Notes: generated by a model from the letters alone, not told the origin. DNA of 54,876 bases from a virus (IMGVR_UViG_3300043015_002761:1-54876); one strand, 5' to 3'. Positions 38,722 to 48,995 are shown, counted from the stretch's first letter. Translations and numbers: made by a program.

Positions 38722-39870
38722 ATGGCTGTTAGTAACGAAGACAAACAAAGAATTTTTGAGCAATTTCGTGTATCAATGGGTGCTCCGCTTCGTCAGATTG
38801 AATTAACTGATGATATGCTTTGCGTATTATTAGATATTGCAACTGAGGATTACGCACAATACGTACAAGAATGGCTTATAGAACATCAATGGCAATCACT
38901 ACTTGGTAGAAATATTGATACAACAGATATGGCTTTCGCATTAAGTGTTAGAGACTTTGATTTTATGACTCAATATACTTACGCTTATTCTAAGCAAGTA
39001 GGTCTCCAAGCTAGAGGTCCATGGGAATTAAAGAAAGATTATGTGACACTTGAATCTGGTAGACAAGTATATGAAATACCAGCTGGTAGAGAAGTTAACG
39101 AAGTTCTTTGGATTACACCTCCTACAACACAAGCAGCCTTATTCGCAAACTATGCTGGTCTTGATTACGGATTCGCTGGTGGGTTTGGTCAATTAGGTGG
39201 TGTTGGTGCTGGTTCTAATGGATATGGATTCGGTGGTTATGGTGGTTACTACATTGCACCAGCTTATGATATATTACTTACAGCTGGTGATATGAATTTA
39301 AAAAATAGACTTCTTAGAAGTGAATTAGTATATAAACTTACTGCTGGACCAAATGGTACAAGACTTTTACACTTATTATCAACACCAGGTTCTAAATTCA
39401 CATTTGGTCATGGTATAGGTGGACCTAATAGTTCTGTAAACCTTACTGGGTGTCAAGTATGGTATTTCTATTATGATGTTGACCAAGGAGATGCTGATGC
39501 TTGTAGACTTGAAAATCCAGATATAATTAAATTACCTAATGAAGTACCTTTAGCTAAGTTAGATTTTTCTAAATTTAATGAACCAACAAAAGTATTAGTT
39601 AGAAATTTATTTGTTGCTGAAGCTAAGAGAGCTTTAGGTAGAACTAGAGGTAAATTTGGTGGTATTGTTGGACCTCCAGAAGCTGAAAGAACTATGGATT
39701 ATGAATCTCTTTTATCAGAAGGTAATGAGGAAAGGAAAGCAATACTTGAAAGACTTGATGCTAGACTTGAAAGACTTTCTACAACAAAACAAATAGAAAG
39801 AGCTGCTAATGAATCTGAAAATTTAAATAAACATTTGAAATACAGGCCTTTAGGGTTTTTTGTTAAATAA
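38722..39870 (+). CDS. Neck / head-tail adaptor protein (T4 gp13-like)
   Basis: MGAPLRQIELTDD, YVTLESGRQVYEIP, AEAKRALGRTRGKFGG...MDYESLLSEGNEERKAILERL. Confidence 0.8.
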   Translation: MAVSNEDKQRIFEQFRVSMGAPLRQIELTDDMLCVLLDIATEDYAQYVQEWLIEHQWQSLLGRNIDTTDMAFALSVRDFDFMTQYTYAYSKQVGLQARGPWELKKDYVTLESGRQVYEIPAGREVNEVLWITPPTTQAALFANYAGLDYGFAGGFGQLGGVGAGSNGYGFGGYGGYYIAPAYDILLTAGDMNLKNRLLRSELVYKLTAGPNGTRLLHLLSTPGSKFTFGHGIGGPNSSVNLTGCQVWYFYYDVDQGDADACRLENPDIIKLPNEVPLAKLDFSKFNEPTKVLVRNLFVAEAKRALGRTRGKFGGIVGPPEAERTMDYESLLSEGNEERKAILERLDARLERLSTTKQIERAANESENLNKHLKYRPLGFFVK

Positions 39871-39897
39871 AAAAAAGGGTCGTTAAGACCCTTTTTT
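39871..39897. terminator. Bidirectional intrinsic terminator
   Basis: AAAAAAGGGTC GTTAA GACCCTTTTTT between the convergent neck and polymerase genes. Confidence 0.9.
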
Positions 39898-39901
39898 ATT
39901 T

Positions 39902-42900
39902 TTATTTATTTTTAAACTTAATTATTAAGTCTTCTGGTTTTTGATTCTTAGCCTTTTCTAAATTATCTTGATAAGCTTTCTCAAATTGATAAGCCTCAAT
40001 TAATGAGAGACTACCAGTTTTGTTATAATCCCAGTCTTTTCTAATCCATGAACCATCATACCCCATTTCCCAGTAATTTTCTTCTAAGAATTTAATCATT
40101 TCGTATTCTAATTCACCCCTATTTTGAGCTATGGTTTCTGGGTCATCTGAATTTTCTTCGACTTCTTTATAGTCAAGCCATTGTTGATATCTATCATCTA
40201 CATCATCACCTATTGATTGATAAAAAACCATTCTTTGTTTAGCTTCTTCTTCATACTTAAATAGTATATTCATTTCAGCTAACTCAACTCCCCATACATT
40301 GGATATGAAGATGTATCTATCATCATCAGTCTTTTTAAATTCACAGAAAGAAAGAATTTCTTTTGGTAATTCATTAGACTCTTTAATCTTTCTATAATCA
40401 TCAACTTCAAGTCTTCTACATATGAAGTCCAAGTATGCTTTTTCTTCTTTAATACCTTCAATTCTCTCGATACGTTTTCTTTCGTGATAATCAGCTCTAA
40501 TAGTATTCCATTCTTCTTGTTCCATGAAGTTAGGTAACTTATCAACCGAATCCCAAAATCTAATTTCTTCATCAGTTATAGTCATAAGTGCTTCATAAGA
40601 ATCTTGGTCACCTTCTTCAAATGGTTTACCAGCAACTAATTCACATTCTTTTCTAGTAAATACACTTCTTTCTTCTAATTTCATAACCTTAGTTTTCTTA
40701 TCTTTCTTTAAATCGATAATAATGTTACTTCTAATCTCTGGGTCGAAACATACGAGAAGTGGCTTTATACGCTTGTTAAATGCGTCTAAATACTTAGCAA
40801 CGTTATACTCATCAGTAGTATAATCTGGATTATTTTCAATCTCTTCAATTGGGATTAATTTACAATTAAATTGAATTTCCTCAACTTGCTTTGTCTCTTT
40901 ATTCTTTATTGCTTTAACATCAGCATGACTCTTAGCTGTACCAGTATTTACATAATAGATTACATCACCTAAATTAACGTTTAGGTCTGCCTTAAGGATT
41001 AATTCCATATGTGCTTGTCTTGATTTATAAGAACCAGCACTAGTCTTTTCTCTACAATAAACGTTTTTGTAATTATCTGGTGACATCTTAACTTTTCCCT
41101 TACTAGCAATCTTAGCAACTGGGATTTGATAATTATAAATCTTATCTACGTATTCGTAATACCATTCGATAAATTCATAACCCTTACCATCTAAAAGAAG
41201 TCTAATACCCTTATCTAAGAACTCCTCAATATAAACTGGCATCTTCTTAGACTTAACAGAATTACCTACTAATTTAACTTTACCATCAATTAAGTTACCA
41301 TAATTCTTTCTAGCAAAGTTAATTGTAGATTCACAAACATCATCAATATCAAGACCCATTCTACCTTCCATATAAGTCTCATTGAAGTCAGCTAACACAG
41401 CTTCAAGACCTATTAATTCAGTACCAGCTTCATATTTAGATGTTTTCCAGTGATTAGCTTTAACTGTATAAGTTATTGTATCTATATGGTCTGGAATAGC
41501 AAAGTTGAAACCATCGGTATCACCTACTAATGGTCTAAAACCATGTGTTTCTGTAAAGTGACGTACCATGAGTCTAAGAGATTGTCTACCTCTACATGTC
41601 GTTTCTTCTGCACAATCAGTATCACCCCAGTTAAAGATATATGGGGCTCCATACGCACCAAAGAATGAGTTAGCAAGAATTTTAAGAGGTAATTGCTTCT
41701 TATCGTAATCAGACGATAACTTTTTATGTTCTGCAATCATTCTTTCAGCATTACCAATTCTTTCTGGTGTAAGTGTTTCTCTATTTTCATCTAATAAACC
41801 TTGAAGTCTAGCAGCTTCTTTTTTCTCATCACCAGTCTTAAATTTAAATTCATCCCTCTTATCCACAACATACGTTAAAAGACCTTCCATAACGCCAGAT
41901 ATATCTAACGATGGGAATATACCCCATGTAAGTTGAGTTTTTGGATATAAGGCTGCGAAATCGAGCTTTACAACGTTCTTAGCGTAACCTACCTCCACAA
42001 GTCTTGAAAGACCACCAACGAAATTTCTCTTTTCTTCTAAATCTGGGATACCAAGACCCTTTTCATATGACCATGAAGCCATAATTAGTTTCCATTGACC
42101 AGCAGTACCCATTGTAGATGAACGCATGTAAGATGTTGGTAATAACTTAGCTATTAAGTAAGCCGCTTGATTATAGATAGCATCTACTTGGTCTGTTTCC
42201 CAAAGGTCATCTAAAAGATATCTTTGAACAATATAATTACCCTTAACGATTTGATAACCCTCTTTTAATGGACGTTTTTCACTTATCTTATACCAATCAC
42301 CATCTTCATCATTAAAAGCGAAATCAGACTTATCTACCCACGTTTTATGTAGAATATCACCAGGAACATAAACCCTATTCTTTTTAGCCACACCAGAATA
42401 TTGTGTAATATACTTAAGTGACCAAGATTTAATATTAGAGTTGATTGCTTGAGCTCTACGTACTGAATGTGATATGTCAAGTATATTATGACCCCACATC
42501 ATAGTTTGTTGATAGTGCTCAGATTCACCCCCTAATTTAAGCATGGAATCCTTCCATTTAATTTTTTGTTTAGGGTTAAGTGTTTTTGCTATATCTTCAA
42601 TATTAATACCAAGTCTTTCACATCTCCTTTTAAAATAAGGCCAATCAAAGTTTTCTGAGTTATACGCTGTAATAATATCTGGTTTAAGTATATCGATAAC
42701 ATCAAAAAATGCTATAATATTAGCTCTTTCAGAATCCCTTCTTTGCTTAAGGATAATATTCCTATCCTCTTGTGGTAATACATCAATTTTATCATCAATA
42801 CCTAGAACACCCTTATCTCTAAGATTCATTTCATGTTGGCTAATAGTTTCAAAGATATCTTCATAACCCTTATTATCTCTAATCCCAATTTGGAATATAG

Positions 42901-43453
42901 CATCTACTGAAGGGTCTAACCCCTCAGTCTCAAGGTCAAATTGTAGTCTATGAACATCATTATAATCATCCATACCCTTAAAAAGTCTTTTACCAGTTTG
43001 AATAAGGAATTGTTCAGCTGGTGAAAATGCTACAAATAATTTTTTAAACTGTTGATTGAAGATATCAACACCACCCTCACGAAAGAAATTAATTAGATTT
43101 GAGTAACTACCCTTACATTGTGCTAAAAACTTGTAACCATTATCAAGTCTTTCTGGTACATTACCTTCATCATCTGAAACCTTAAGAGCTTTTATCTTAA
43201 CCTTCCATTTATTCATAGCAGATTTAATATCACCTCTTTTACCACCATACATAATATTAGCAACATCATGTTTAAGCCAAACAAACGGTTGGAATGTGTG
43301 TTGTTCAATCCTTTTACCTGTATCTGGGTCATTAATAATTAGTGAAACAAAATCTTCATGGTAAGAAGCTTCAATACCAACAATATATTTTTGTGGGTCT
43401 CTACCTTCTAAGAATTGTTCAATTTCTTCAAAAGAAACTTTTTGTTTTTCCAT
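39902..43453 (-). CDS. Family B DNA polymerase with 3'-5' exonuclease
   Basis: ExoI FDLETEG, ExoII YNSENFDWPY, ExoIII YLLDD, motif A LDFAALYP, motif B KQLPLKILANSFFGAYG, motif C GDTDG; start taken at ATG 43453 (1183 aa). Confidence 0.95.
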   Translation of the reverse strand: MEKQKVSFEEIEQFLEGRDPQKYIVGIEASYHEDFVSLIINDPDTGKRIEQHTFQPFVWLKHDVANIMYGGKRGDIKSAMNKWKVKIKALKVSDDEGNVPERLDNGYKFLAQCKGSYSNLINFFREGGVDIFNQQFKKLFVAFSPAEQFLIQTGKRLFKGMDDYNDVHRLQFDLETEGLDPSVDAIFQIGIRDNKGYEDIFETISQHEMNLRDKGVLGIDDKIDVLPQEDRNIILKQRRDSERANIIAFFDVIDILKPDIITAYNSENFDWPYFKRRCERLGINIEDIAKTLNPKQKIKWKDSMLKLGGESEHYQQTMMWGHNILDISHSVRRAQAINSNIKSWSLKYITQYSGVAKKNRVYVPGDILHKTWVDKSDFAFNDEDGDWYKISEKRPLKEGYQIVKGNYIVQRYLLDDLWETDQVDAIYNQAAYLIAKLLPTSYMRSSTMGTAGQWKLIMASWSYEKGLGIPDLEEKRNFVGGLSRLVEVGYAKNVVKLDFAALYPKTQLTWGIFPSLDISGVMEGLLTYVVDKRDEFKFKTGDEKKEAARLQGLLDENRETLTPERIGNAERMIAEHKKLSSDYDKKQLPLKILANSFFGAYGAPYIFNWGDTDCAEETTCRGRQSLRLMVRHFTETHGFRPLVGDTDGFNFAIPDHIDTITYTVKANHWKTSKYEAGTELIGLEAVLADFNETYMEGRMGLDIDDVCESTINFARKNYGNLIDGKVKLVGNSVKSKKMPVYIEEFLDKGIRLLLDGKGYEFIEWYYEYVDKIYNYQIPVAKIASKGKVKMSPDNYKNVYCREKTSAGSYKSRQAHMELILKADLNVNLGDVIYYVNTGTAKSHADVKAIKNKETKQVEEIQFNCKLIPIEEIENNPDYTTDEYNVAKYLDAFNKRIKPLLVCFDPEIRSNIIIDLKKDKKTKVMKLEERSVFTRKECELVAGKPFEEGDQDSYEALMTITDEEIRFWDSVDKLPNFMEQEEWNTIRADYHERKRIERIEGIKEEKAYLDFICRRLEVDDYRKIKESNELPKEILSFCEFKKTDDDRYIFISNVWGVELAEMNILFKYEEEAKQRMVFYQSIGDDVDDRYQQWLDYKEVEENSDDPETIAQNRGELEYEMIKFLEENYWEMGYDGSWIRKDWDYNKTGSLSLIEAYQFEKAYQDNLEKAKNQKPEDLIIKFKNK

Positions 43454-43466
43454 AATACTTTTTTTT

Positions 43467-43578
43467 ACAAAGTAACTACAAAAAAAGGTCGGAATCAAGT
43501 TACCGACCAATTTATTTTCTTTAAGCAATTTGCAAATTGCTTAACAAATTAACTATTTTTAATTTTAAAAAGCAAGTT
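43467..43578 (-). promoter_or_regulatory. Tandem promoters, 24-bp palindrome and terminator-like hairpin upstream of the polymerase
   Basis: AACTTG-N17-TAGTTACTTTGT (43467-43501) and AACTTG-N17-TAGTTAATTTGT (43544-43578); perfect palindrome TTAAGCAATTTGCAAATTGCTTAA (43521-43544). Confidence 0.6.
43480..43508 (-). terminator. Intrinsic terminator-like hairpin
   Basis: Minus strand GGTCGG TAACTTGATT CCGACC followed by T7. Confidence 0.65.
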
Positions 43579-43583
43579 TTTAG

Positions 43584-43958
43584 TTATTTTTTTATTGAAC
43601 CATCTAATACATGAACATATAATTCCTCTCTAATTGGTACAATAAGTGTCCCAGAACCATCATTAAATTCTATAATGAAGTGTGCGACATAAGTTCCAGG
43701 TTTATTAGTATCTTTAGATGTGAATTGATATGCAAGGTAGTATTCTTCGTCATTACAACCATTATATTCAGTCTTAAGGATACATGTACCAGGTTTTTTA
43801 CCTATTTTCTTAATACCAGTAACTATATCTGTCATACAGAAATAAATGTCACTATTTTGTAATTTATCGTGAAATTCTTTATAATTGTATCTACCATCCT
43901 TAATTAATTCCATTTTAAGAATCGGAAGTGTTGCTCCTTTGTTAATGTGAAAATCCAT
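43584..43958 (-). CDS. BppU-N-like small virion protein
   Basis: FHINKGATLPILKMEL...AYQFTSKDTNKPGTYVAHFIIEFNDG..LIVP resembles the Ig-like N-terminal domain of baseplate upper proteins; TATTTAT at 43975-43981. Confidence 0.6.
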   Translation of the reverse strand: MDFHINKGATLPILKMELIKDGRYNYKEFHDKLQNSDIYFCMTDIVTGIKKIGKKPGTCILKTEYNGCNDEEYYLAYQFTSKDTNKPGTYVAHFIIEFNDGSGTLIVPIREELYVHVLDGSIKK

Positions 43959-43999
43959 ATACTATCTTTTATTAATAAATATCTTAATAATAATTTAAA

Positions 44000-44095
44000 T
44001 TATACTATACCGTATTTAGCTTTTAAATAGGTTTCTGTAATTGTTTGTGCTGAAGGTGCTATTAGTCCATTATAAAATAGTACCTCACCAACATC
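44000..44095 (-). pseudogene. C-terminal remnant of a LamG-type gene
   Basis: Reads DVGEVLFYNGLIAPSAQTITETYLKAKYGIV-stop, aligning with the end of the 23820-24662 product; no in-frame ATG. Confidence 0.7.
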
Positions 44096-44150
44096 TTTTG
44101 TAATAAAAAATATTATATAAATATCACGAGTAGTTATTAAATAATTTTTA

Positions 44151-45557
44151 TTAGTGGCTAAATCTTATAACTGGTCTAGCAAATGTTCTAGCATCAACTG
44201 TTGTTGGGAATGACCCAGAGTTAGATGCGTATGCTGTATAATATTTACTTTCTGTGTTATAAACAAAATCTACATTATCAAACGCTGAACCAAATCCATC
44301 TCTATTTTCAATTATAACTATTAAGTTATCAACACCGTTGTAACAGAAATTAGTATCAAAAGTTAAACCTTTCCATAAAGCTCCATTTACAGTATATGTA
44401 CCATCATAAACTGTAGTTAAATCTGTAATTGTTAATTCAGATAACCCTATAGTTGGTGACGCATCATGACGGTCTTCAACAACATGACCAATTTTAATAG
44501 TTTGGTTTTGGAATATAGATGTATCCGAACCAATAGATATATAATACTCTAAACCAGTTATTTGTCTAGGAGAACCAATTTCTGAAGACTCATATATGGT
44601 AGCACTCCATGAAAAATCTTGTAAACCATTTATTGGTGCTAAGAATGAATCGGTACCACTAAACTCATTACCTATTGTTGTTGTACCACCATCTGTTGGT
44701 GTATCACAACCAGCTACATATTCACTTAATAGGTAATTCTGAACACTAGTTATCCCAGAATTACTAAGTGGTCCGTTGTATAATACAAAGCTACCAAAAT
44801 CAAGCGGTGATATTTGCGTACCTGTATAATTACCAGCAATAGTTAATGGGAATCCACCAGCTGGTGTATCCATACCATCACCAGCGGTACTAGTACCAAC
44901 TTTAGTGGTACCAGTCCATATATCAATAGTGTTACCACTTAACCTAATAGTTACTAAATTACAAGATGAATAATCATAAGGTATTTCTAATTCATGATAT
45001 CCACTAGGTGAGATTGTATCATCATCATATACAAACCTTAAATAATCAACACCTAAATCAGTCTGATAATCAACAGTCCAACCATCTGATTGACCACCAT
45101 TTATAAAATCATCACTACTTTGGACTATCACATCAGCAGAAGTAAAAGTGTCATTAGATTTAAAATACAAAAATATGGTCAATTCTGTGAGTGAATTAAA
45201 TGAACTATCATTGGCTATAGCCATATAATCTCCTTGATTATCATTAAATGAAATAATGTTCTTATTATTAAAACATGTACCACCTGTGATATAAGTCGGT
45301 CTATCACCAGCAACAGATTGAATTGCGTGATTATCGTAGGTTGTTCTATCATCCCACAAATAAACATCATCACCAGTTGTTGCACTAGTTATACCATTAT
45401 CTATGAATACTGTTGAACCAGAACAATTATCATCAGAATTTAACCACACAACTGCGTCATAACCATCAACAGTTAAATAACTACTAAGTGAACAACCAGA
45501 AGTTATTGGTGCGTTATAAAAACCTCTTCTATATACAAATGGTGTAAAAAATCCCAT
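44151..45557 (-). CDS. Two-domain virion adhesin (LamG-like plus a beta-sandwich of Bacteroidota surface-protein type)
   Basis: VWLNSD...LWDDRT..DNHAIQ...RPTY...FVLYNGPLS...VQNYL, then API...FSWSATIYESSEIG...LTFDTNFCYNGVDNLIVIIEN...RPVIRF. Confidence 0.6.
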   Translation of the reverse strand: MGFFTPFVYRRGFYNAPITSGCSLSSYLTVDGYDAVVWLNSDDNCSGSTVFIDNGITSATTGDDVYLWDDRTTYDNHAIQSVAGDRPTYITGGTCFNNKNIISFNDNQGDYMAIANDSSFNSLTELTIFLYFKSNDTFTSADVIVQSSDDFINGGQSDGWTVDYQTDLGVDYLRFVYDDDTISPSGYHELEIPYDYSSCNLVTIRLSGNTIDIWTGTTKVGTSTAGDGMDTPAGGFPLTIAGNYTGTQISPLDFGSFVLYNGPLSNSGITSVQNYLLSEYVAGCDTPTDGGTTTIGNEFSGTDSFLAPINGLQDFSWSATIYESSEIGSPRQITGLEYYISIGSDTSIFQNQTIKIGHVVEDRHDASPTIGLSELTITDLTTVYDGTYTVNGALWKGLTFDTNFCYNGVDNLIVIIENRDGFGSAFDNVDFVYNTESKYYTAYASNSGSFPTTVDARTFARPVIRFSH

Positions 45558-45560
45558 ATC

Positions 45561-48500
45561 TTATTGAAAATCTTTAGCTATTAGACCATACAAACTTGTA
45601 CCGTCACAAATAAACGTTATTATATCAACTGAACCATTAGCTATTGTAAGTGTTGGTGCTGAACCAGCTTCCCACTTATATGTTGAATCCCATGTTATTG
45701 TATTTGAACCACCGTTTGATTGTTTAACTATCATGGTATATATAGCACCAGATTTCATGGTTGTAGTACCACCAGACACATTAGTATTACCACTAAGTGT
45801 AAGTATTTGTACGTTTGAATTATCCCAATCTGGCACAAAAGAAGTCCCACCTGTTAAATTATCATGTATTGGTGTATAAGCTTGTCCAGTTACTTCTAAA
45901 TTAGGTACATAAACAGTGTCTTCTGTTGTTCCAGTAACATCTTTACAACCAATAATATGTACATTGGATAAATCATCAATCGTATTACCACTACCACCTA
46001 TGATTGATGATATAATAGGTGTATTCCCAGGAACAAATCCACTAATAGTGTTTGAATGTCCACCACCGATGAATGAACCATCATTAAGACCAACAACTAA
46101 GTCAATACTATTATCTTTACCACCAGCAATAACACTATTCATTGGACCACCTTCTGCTTCCATATAATTGTTAGCACCACCTATAATAGCACACCTCTCA
46201 ACCCCATTATCCATCCTGTTACCAATACCACCTATAATGGAGTTACCTTCACCGTAACTATTACCTCCACTGGCATAACCTTGAATTGTATTCCCAGAAC
46301 CAGCAATAATACTTGAAAATTTTTGAGCACCGATAATAGTATTATCAAAACCACCAGTAATATTAGAACTAATTATAAAACCATTATTGGCGTTAATTGT
46401 GTTACCAGTACCACCAATAATTGAACTTCTAGGTGAACCACCACCACCAGAAATTAACATCGTGTTTTGATAACCACCACCAATGAATGTACCCTTTGAT
46501 AAAAATCCATTAATCTCGTTATTTTCACCACCAGCAATAACAGCATTCATTGGGGTACCTTCACCACTTATTTCATTGTTAGTACCAGCTATAATAGCAT
46601 TTCTCTCAATACCTACTGTTATTCTGTTTGAAACACCACCAATGATAGCATTATCTTTACCTCTTATATTACCACCCGAATAGTAACCATCAATTGTGTT
46701 ACCACTACCACCTAAGATTGACGAATTTTTTTGAGCTTGATTGATTTTGTTATTATCACCACCAATTATATTAGAATTGTAGACTAAATTGTCACCACTA
46801 CCACCGTTTAATGTGTTACTAAGACCGTTAAAAATACCACTCCTAACTGAAAATTGGATAATGTTCCCACTACCACCTATCACACTGTTATCGGTTGTAG
46901 TAATTGCACTAACTGATGAGTTATATTCACCAACAATCGTATTACCATCACCACCTAAGATAGATGAACTTTCACCAGCAACGATTAATTCATTATTTCT
47001 ACCACCAATAATTGAAGAGTTATTGATAAATTCATCGTCATCTCCACCACCTTGTATATTATTATTGTTACCACCTACGATAACACTTTTTACAATTTGG
47101 TTGGTGATTGTATTACCACTACCAGCAACAATAGTAGTACCAGTGGTACCAATAGCAATCCTATTATCTATACCACCTATTATAGATGTACTTTCACTAC
47201 CTTGAAGATTATTGTTAAAACCAGCAAATATACCAGATGTTTGTGATTTACCAACCCTATTACTACCACCACCAATAATAGATGAATAATCAGAATCACC
47301 AATTTCACCACCAACACCACCTATAATTGTGGAAAAATCAGAAACAGCAACAGTATTCCCACTACCACCTATTAAAGTAGAGTTATCACTACCTTCAATT
47401 AAGTTATTATCACCACCTATTATACCAGAACCAATTGATTGTAGACTACCTATCTCATTGTTTTGTCCACCAAGTATAAATGAATATATGTGTGCACTAG
47501 CATATATAGTGTTGTTAAAACCATTCAGTATTGTATTATATTTAGAACCATTACCTATTGTATTACCAGAACCAGCTATAATTGATGATAAATCTGAATT
47601 TTTACTAATACTATTTTTAAAACCACCTAAAATATGTGAGTTTGCTGTACCACCAGCTATTGTATTACCAGTACCACCTATTATAGATGAATTAGTTTGT
47701 AGATATAGTGAATCAGCAAATTCAAATTCAATATAATTACTTCTACCACCACCAATAAAGGAACCTTCATTTTCATTACCTAAATTAATACTAATGTTAT
47801 TAAATGCACCACCAGCAATTACACTATTAGTAATACCAGCTTTAGCTGCTATGGTATTACTAGTACCACCTATAATACCACTTCTTTGTACACCATTAAT
47901 CTCATTATCAATACCACCTAATATATGCCCATTAATTGAACCCCCTATAGTATTCCCAGTACCACCCATAATTGATGAATAATTAGAAAAATCAATAACC
48001 CCATCAACACCACCAATAATAACAGACTTAGTTACATCAACTAGTGTATTTCCAGTACCTCCAATAATAACCGAATCAACAGCGTCATTTAAAGTGTTAG
48101 TACCACCACCTAAGATAACAGAATTTTCACAAGAACCACCAATATTATTATTAAAAGCACTAAAAATAGATACATTTTTTGACCCTTTTGTTATATCATT
48201 ATCACTACCACCAATTATTGATGAATAATCACTTCTATCAATAGTGTTTCCAGAACCACCAATTATTGATGAATATTTAGCCTCAGTAGTCAAAAAACCA
48301 GACGTACCTACTAAATTATTATAACCACTAACTAATGAATAATCACCCTCTGAATCACTGGTACCACCATTAACGACCTTAATAGAACCAGTACCAGTTG
48401 AACCAGATGTCCAATAGTTATTTACACTAGAACCTGTCGGGGAAATACCACTAAGATTAAGTGATAAATCATTACCATTAATTTTTTTAAGTGTAACTAT

Positions 48501-48656
48501 ACTACCAACGGTTTGCGCTGTATAAATCGTTTCACCCTTAAGGTAAATAAAGTTATTATCAACATCAGCATGTGTTAACACTGAGTTTTTTGTTTGGTCA
48601 GTATACGGAATATTCCAACCAGTAAGTGTTCTAAGTATAAGTCTATTATTTGGCAT
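45561..48656 (-). CDS. Tail fibre/spike with long S-x-I-x-GG-xx-N-x-I beta-roll repeat array
   Basis: Dozens of SIIGGSGNTI-like repeats; N-terminal LTHADVDNNFIYL; C-terminal fibre module QILTLSGN...IVKQ..GGSNTITW...KW..GSAPTLT...VDIITF; TATTTAT at 48674-48680. Confidence 0.8.
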   Translation of the reverse strand: MPNNRLILRTLTGWNIPYTDQTKNSVLTHADVDNNFIYLKGETIYTAQTVGSIVTLKKINGNDLSLNLSGISPTGSSVNNYWTSGSTGTGSIKVVNGGTSDSEGDYSLVSGYNNLVGTSGFLTTEAKYSSIIGGSGNTIDRSDYSSIIGGSDNDITKGSKNVSIFSAFNNNIGGSCENSVILGGGTNTLNDAVDSVIIGGTGNTLVDVTKSVIIGGVDGVIDFSNYSSIMGGTGNTIGGSINGHILGGIDNEINGVQRSGIIGGTSNTIAAKAGITNSVIAGGAFNNISINLGNENEGSFIGGGRSNYIEFEFADSLYLQTNSSIIGGTGNTIAGGTANSHILGGFKNSISKNSDLSSIIAGSGNTIGNGSKYNTILNGFNNTIYASAHIYSFILGGQNNEIGSLQSIGSGIIGGDNNLIEGSDNSTLIGGSGNTVAVSDFSTIIGGVGGEIGDSDYSSIIGGGSNRVGKSQTSGIFAGFNNNLQGSESTSIIGGIDNRIAIGTTGTTIVAGSGNTITNQIVKSVIVGGNNNNIQGGGDDDEFINNSSIIGGRNNELIVAGESSSILGGDGNTIVGEYNSSVSAITTTDNSVIGGSGNIIQFSVRSGIFNGLSNTLNGGSGDNLVYNSNIIGGDNNKINQAQKNSSILGGSGNTIDGYYSGGNIRGKDNAIIGGVSNRITVGIERNAIIAGTNNEISGEGTPMNAVIAGGENNEINGFLSKGTFIGGGYQNTMLISGGGGSPRSSIIGGTGNTINANNGFIISSNITGGFDNTIIGAQKFSSIIAGSGNTIQGYASGGNSYGEGNSIIGGIGNRMDNGVERCAIIGGANNYMEAEGGPMNSVIAGGKDNSIDLVVGLNDGSFIGGGHSNTISGFVPGNTPIISSIIGGSGNTIDDLSNVHIIGCKDVTGTTEDTVYVPNLEVTGQAYTPIHDNLTGGTSFVPDWDNSNVQILTLSGNTNVSGGTTTMKSGAIYTMIVKQSNGGSNTITWDSTYKWEAGSAPTLTIANGSVDIITFICDGTSLYGLIAKDFQ

Positions 48657-48698
48657 ATCTTTTTAGTTTATATATAAATATTCTTTTAGTTTATTAAA

Positions 48699-48995
48699 CT
48701 ACATCCAAGGTAATTTATTATCAGTTATTCTATTATCTCTATCATTAACAAGAGTTTCTAATTTATCAGTAACTTCATTTTCTAATGATTGATAATCAAA
48801 TTTATCTTTAAACCAAATTAAGACTTGTTCCTCGGTTAAATCGTTAAATGGTATTATAACACCTGTAGGTTCATCTAGGGTAACTTCTTTTATTTTTCTA
48901 GATATGATTTCACCATCTGTTAACCTATATTCCCCAATAACACTAATTGCCACACCATCACTTAATCTATAGTTTATATCAATAATTTTCCACAT
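48699..48995 (-). CDS. Small fibre-associated / assembly protein
   Basis: 98 aa with IPFNDLTEEQVLIW...LPW, located between fibre genes. Confidence 0.55.
   Translation of the reverse strand: MWKIIDINYRLSDGVAISVIGEYRLTDGEIISRKIKEVTLDEPTGVIIPFNDLTEEQVLIWFKDKFDYQSLENEVTDKLETLVNDRDNRITDNKLPWM

Noticed and set aside
36542-43453. Inteins or introns in helicase or polymerase
   Set aside because: Catalytic motifs are normally spaced, with no intein splice-junction or LAGLIDADG signatures seen.
44000-44095. DGR template repeat for a LamG C-terminus
   Set aside because: Differences from the 23820 gene end are numerous and not adenine-specific, and there is no reverse transcriptase in the window.
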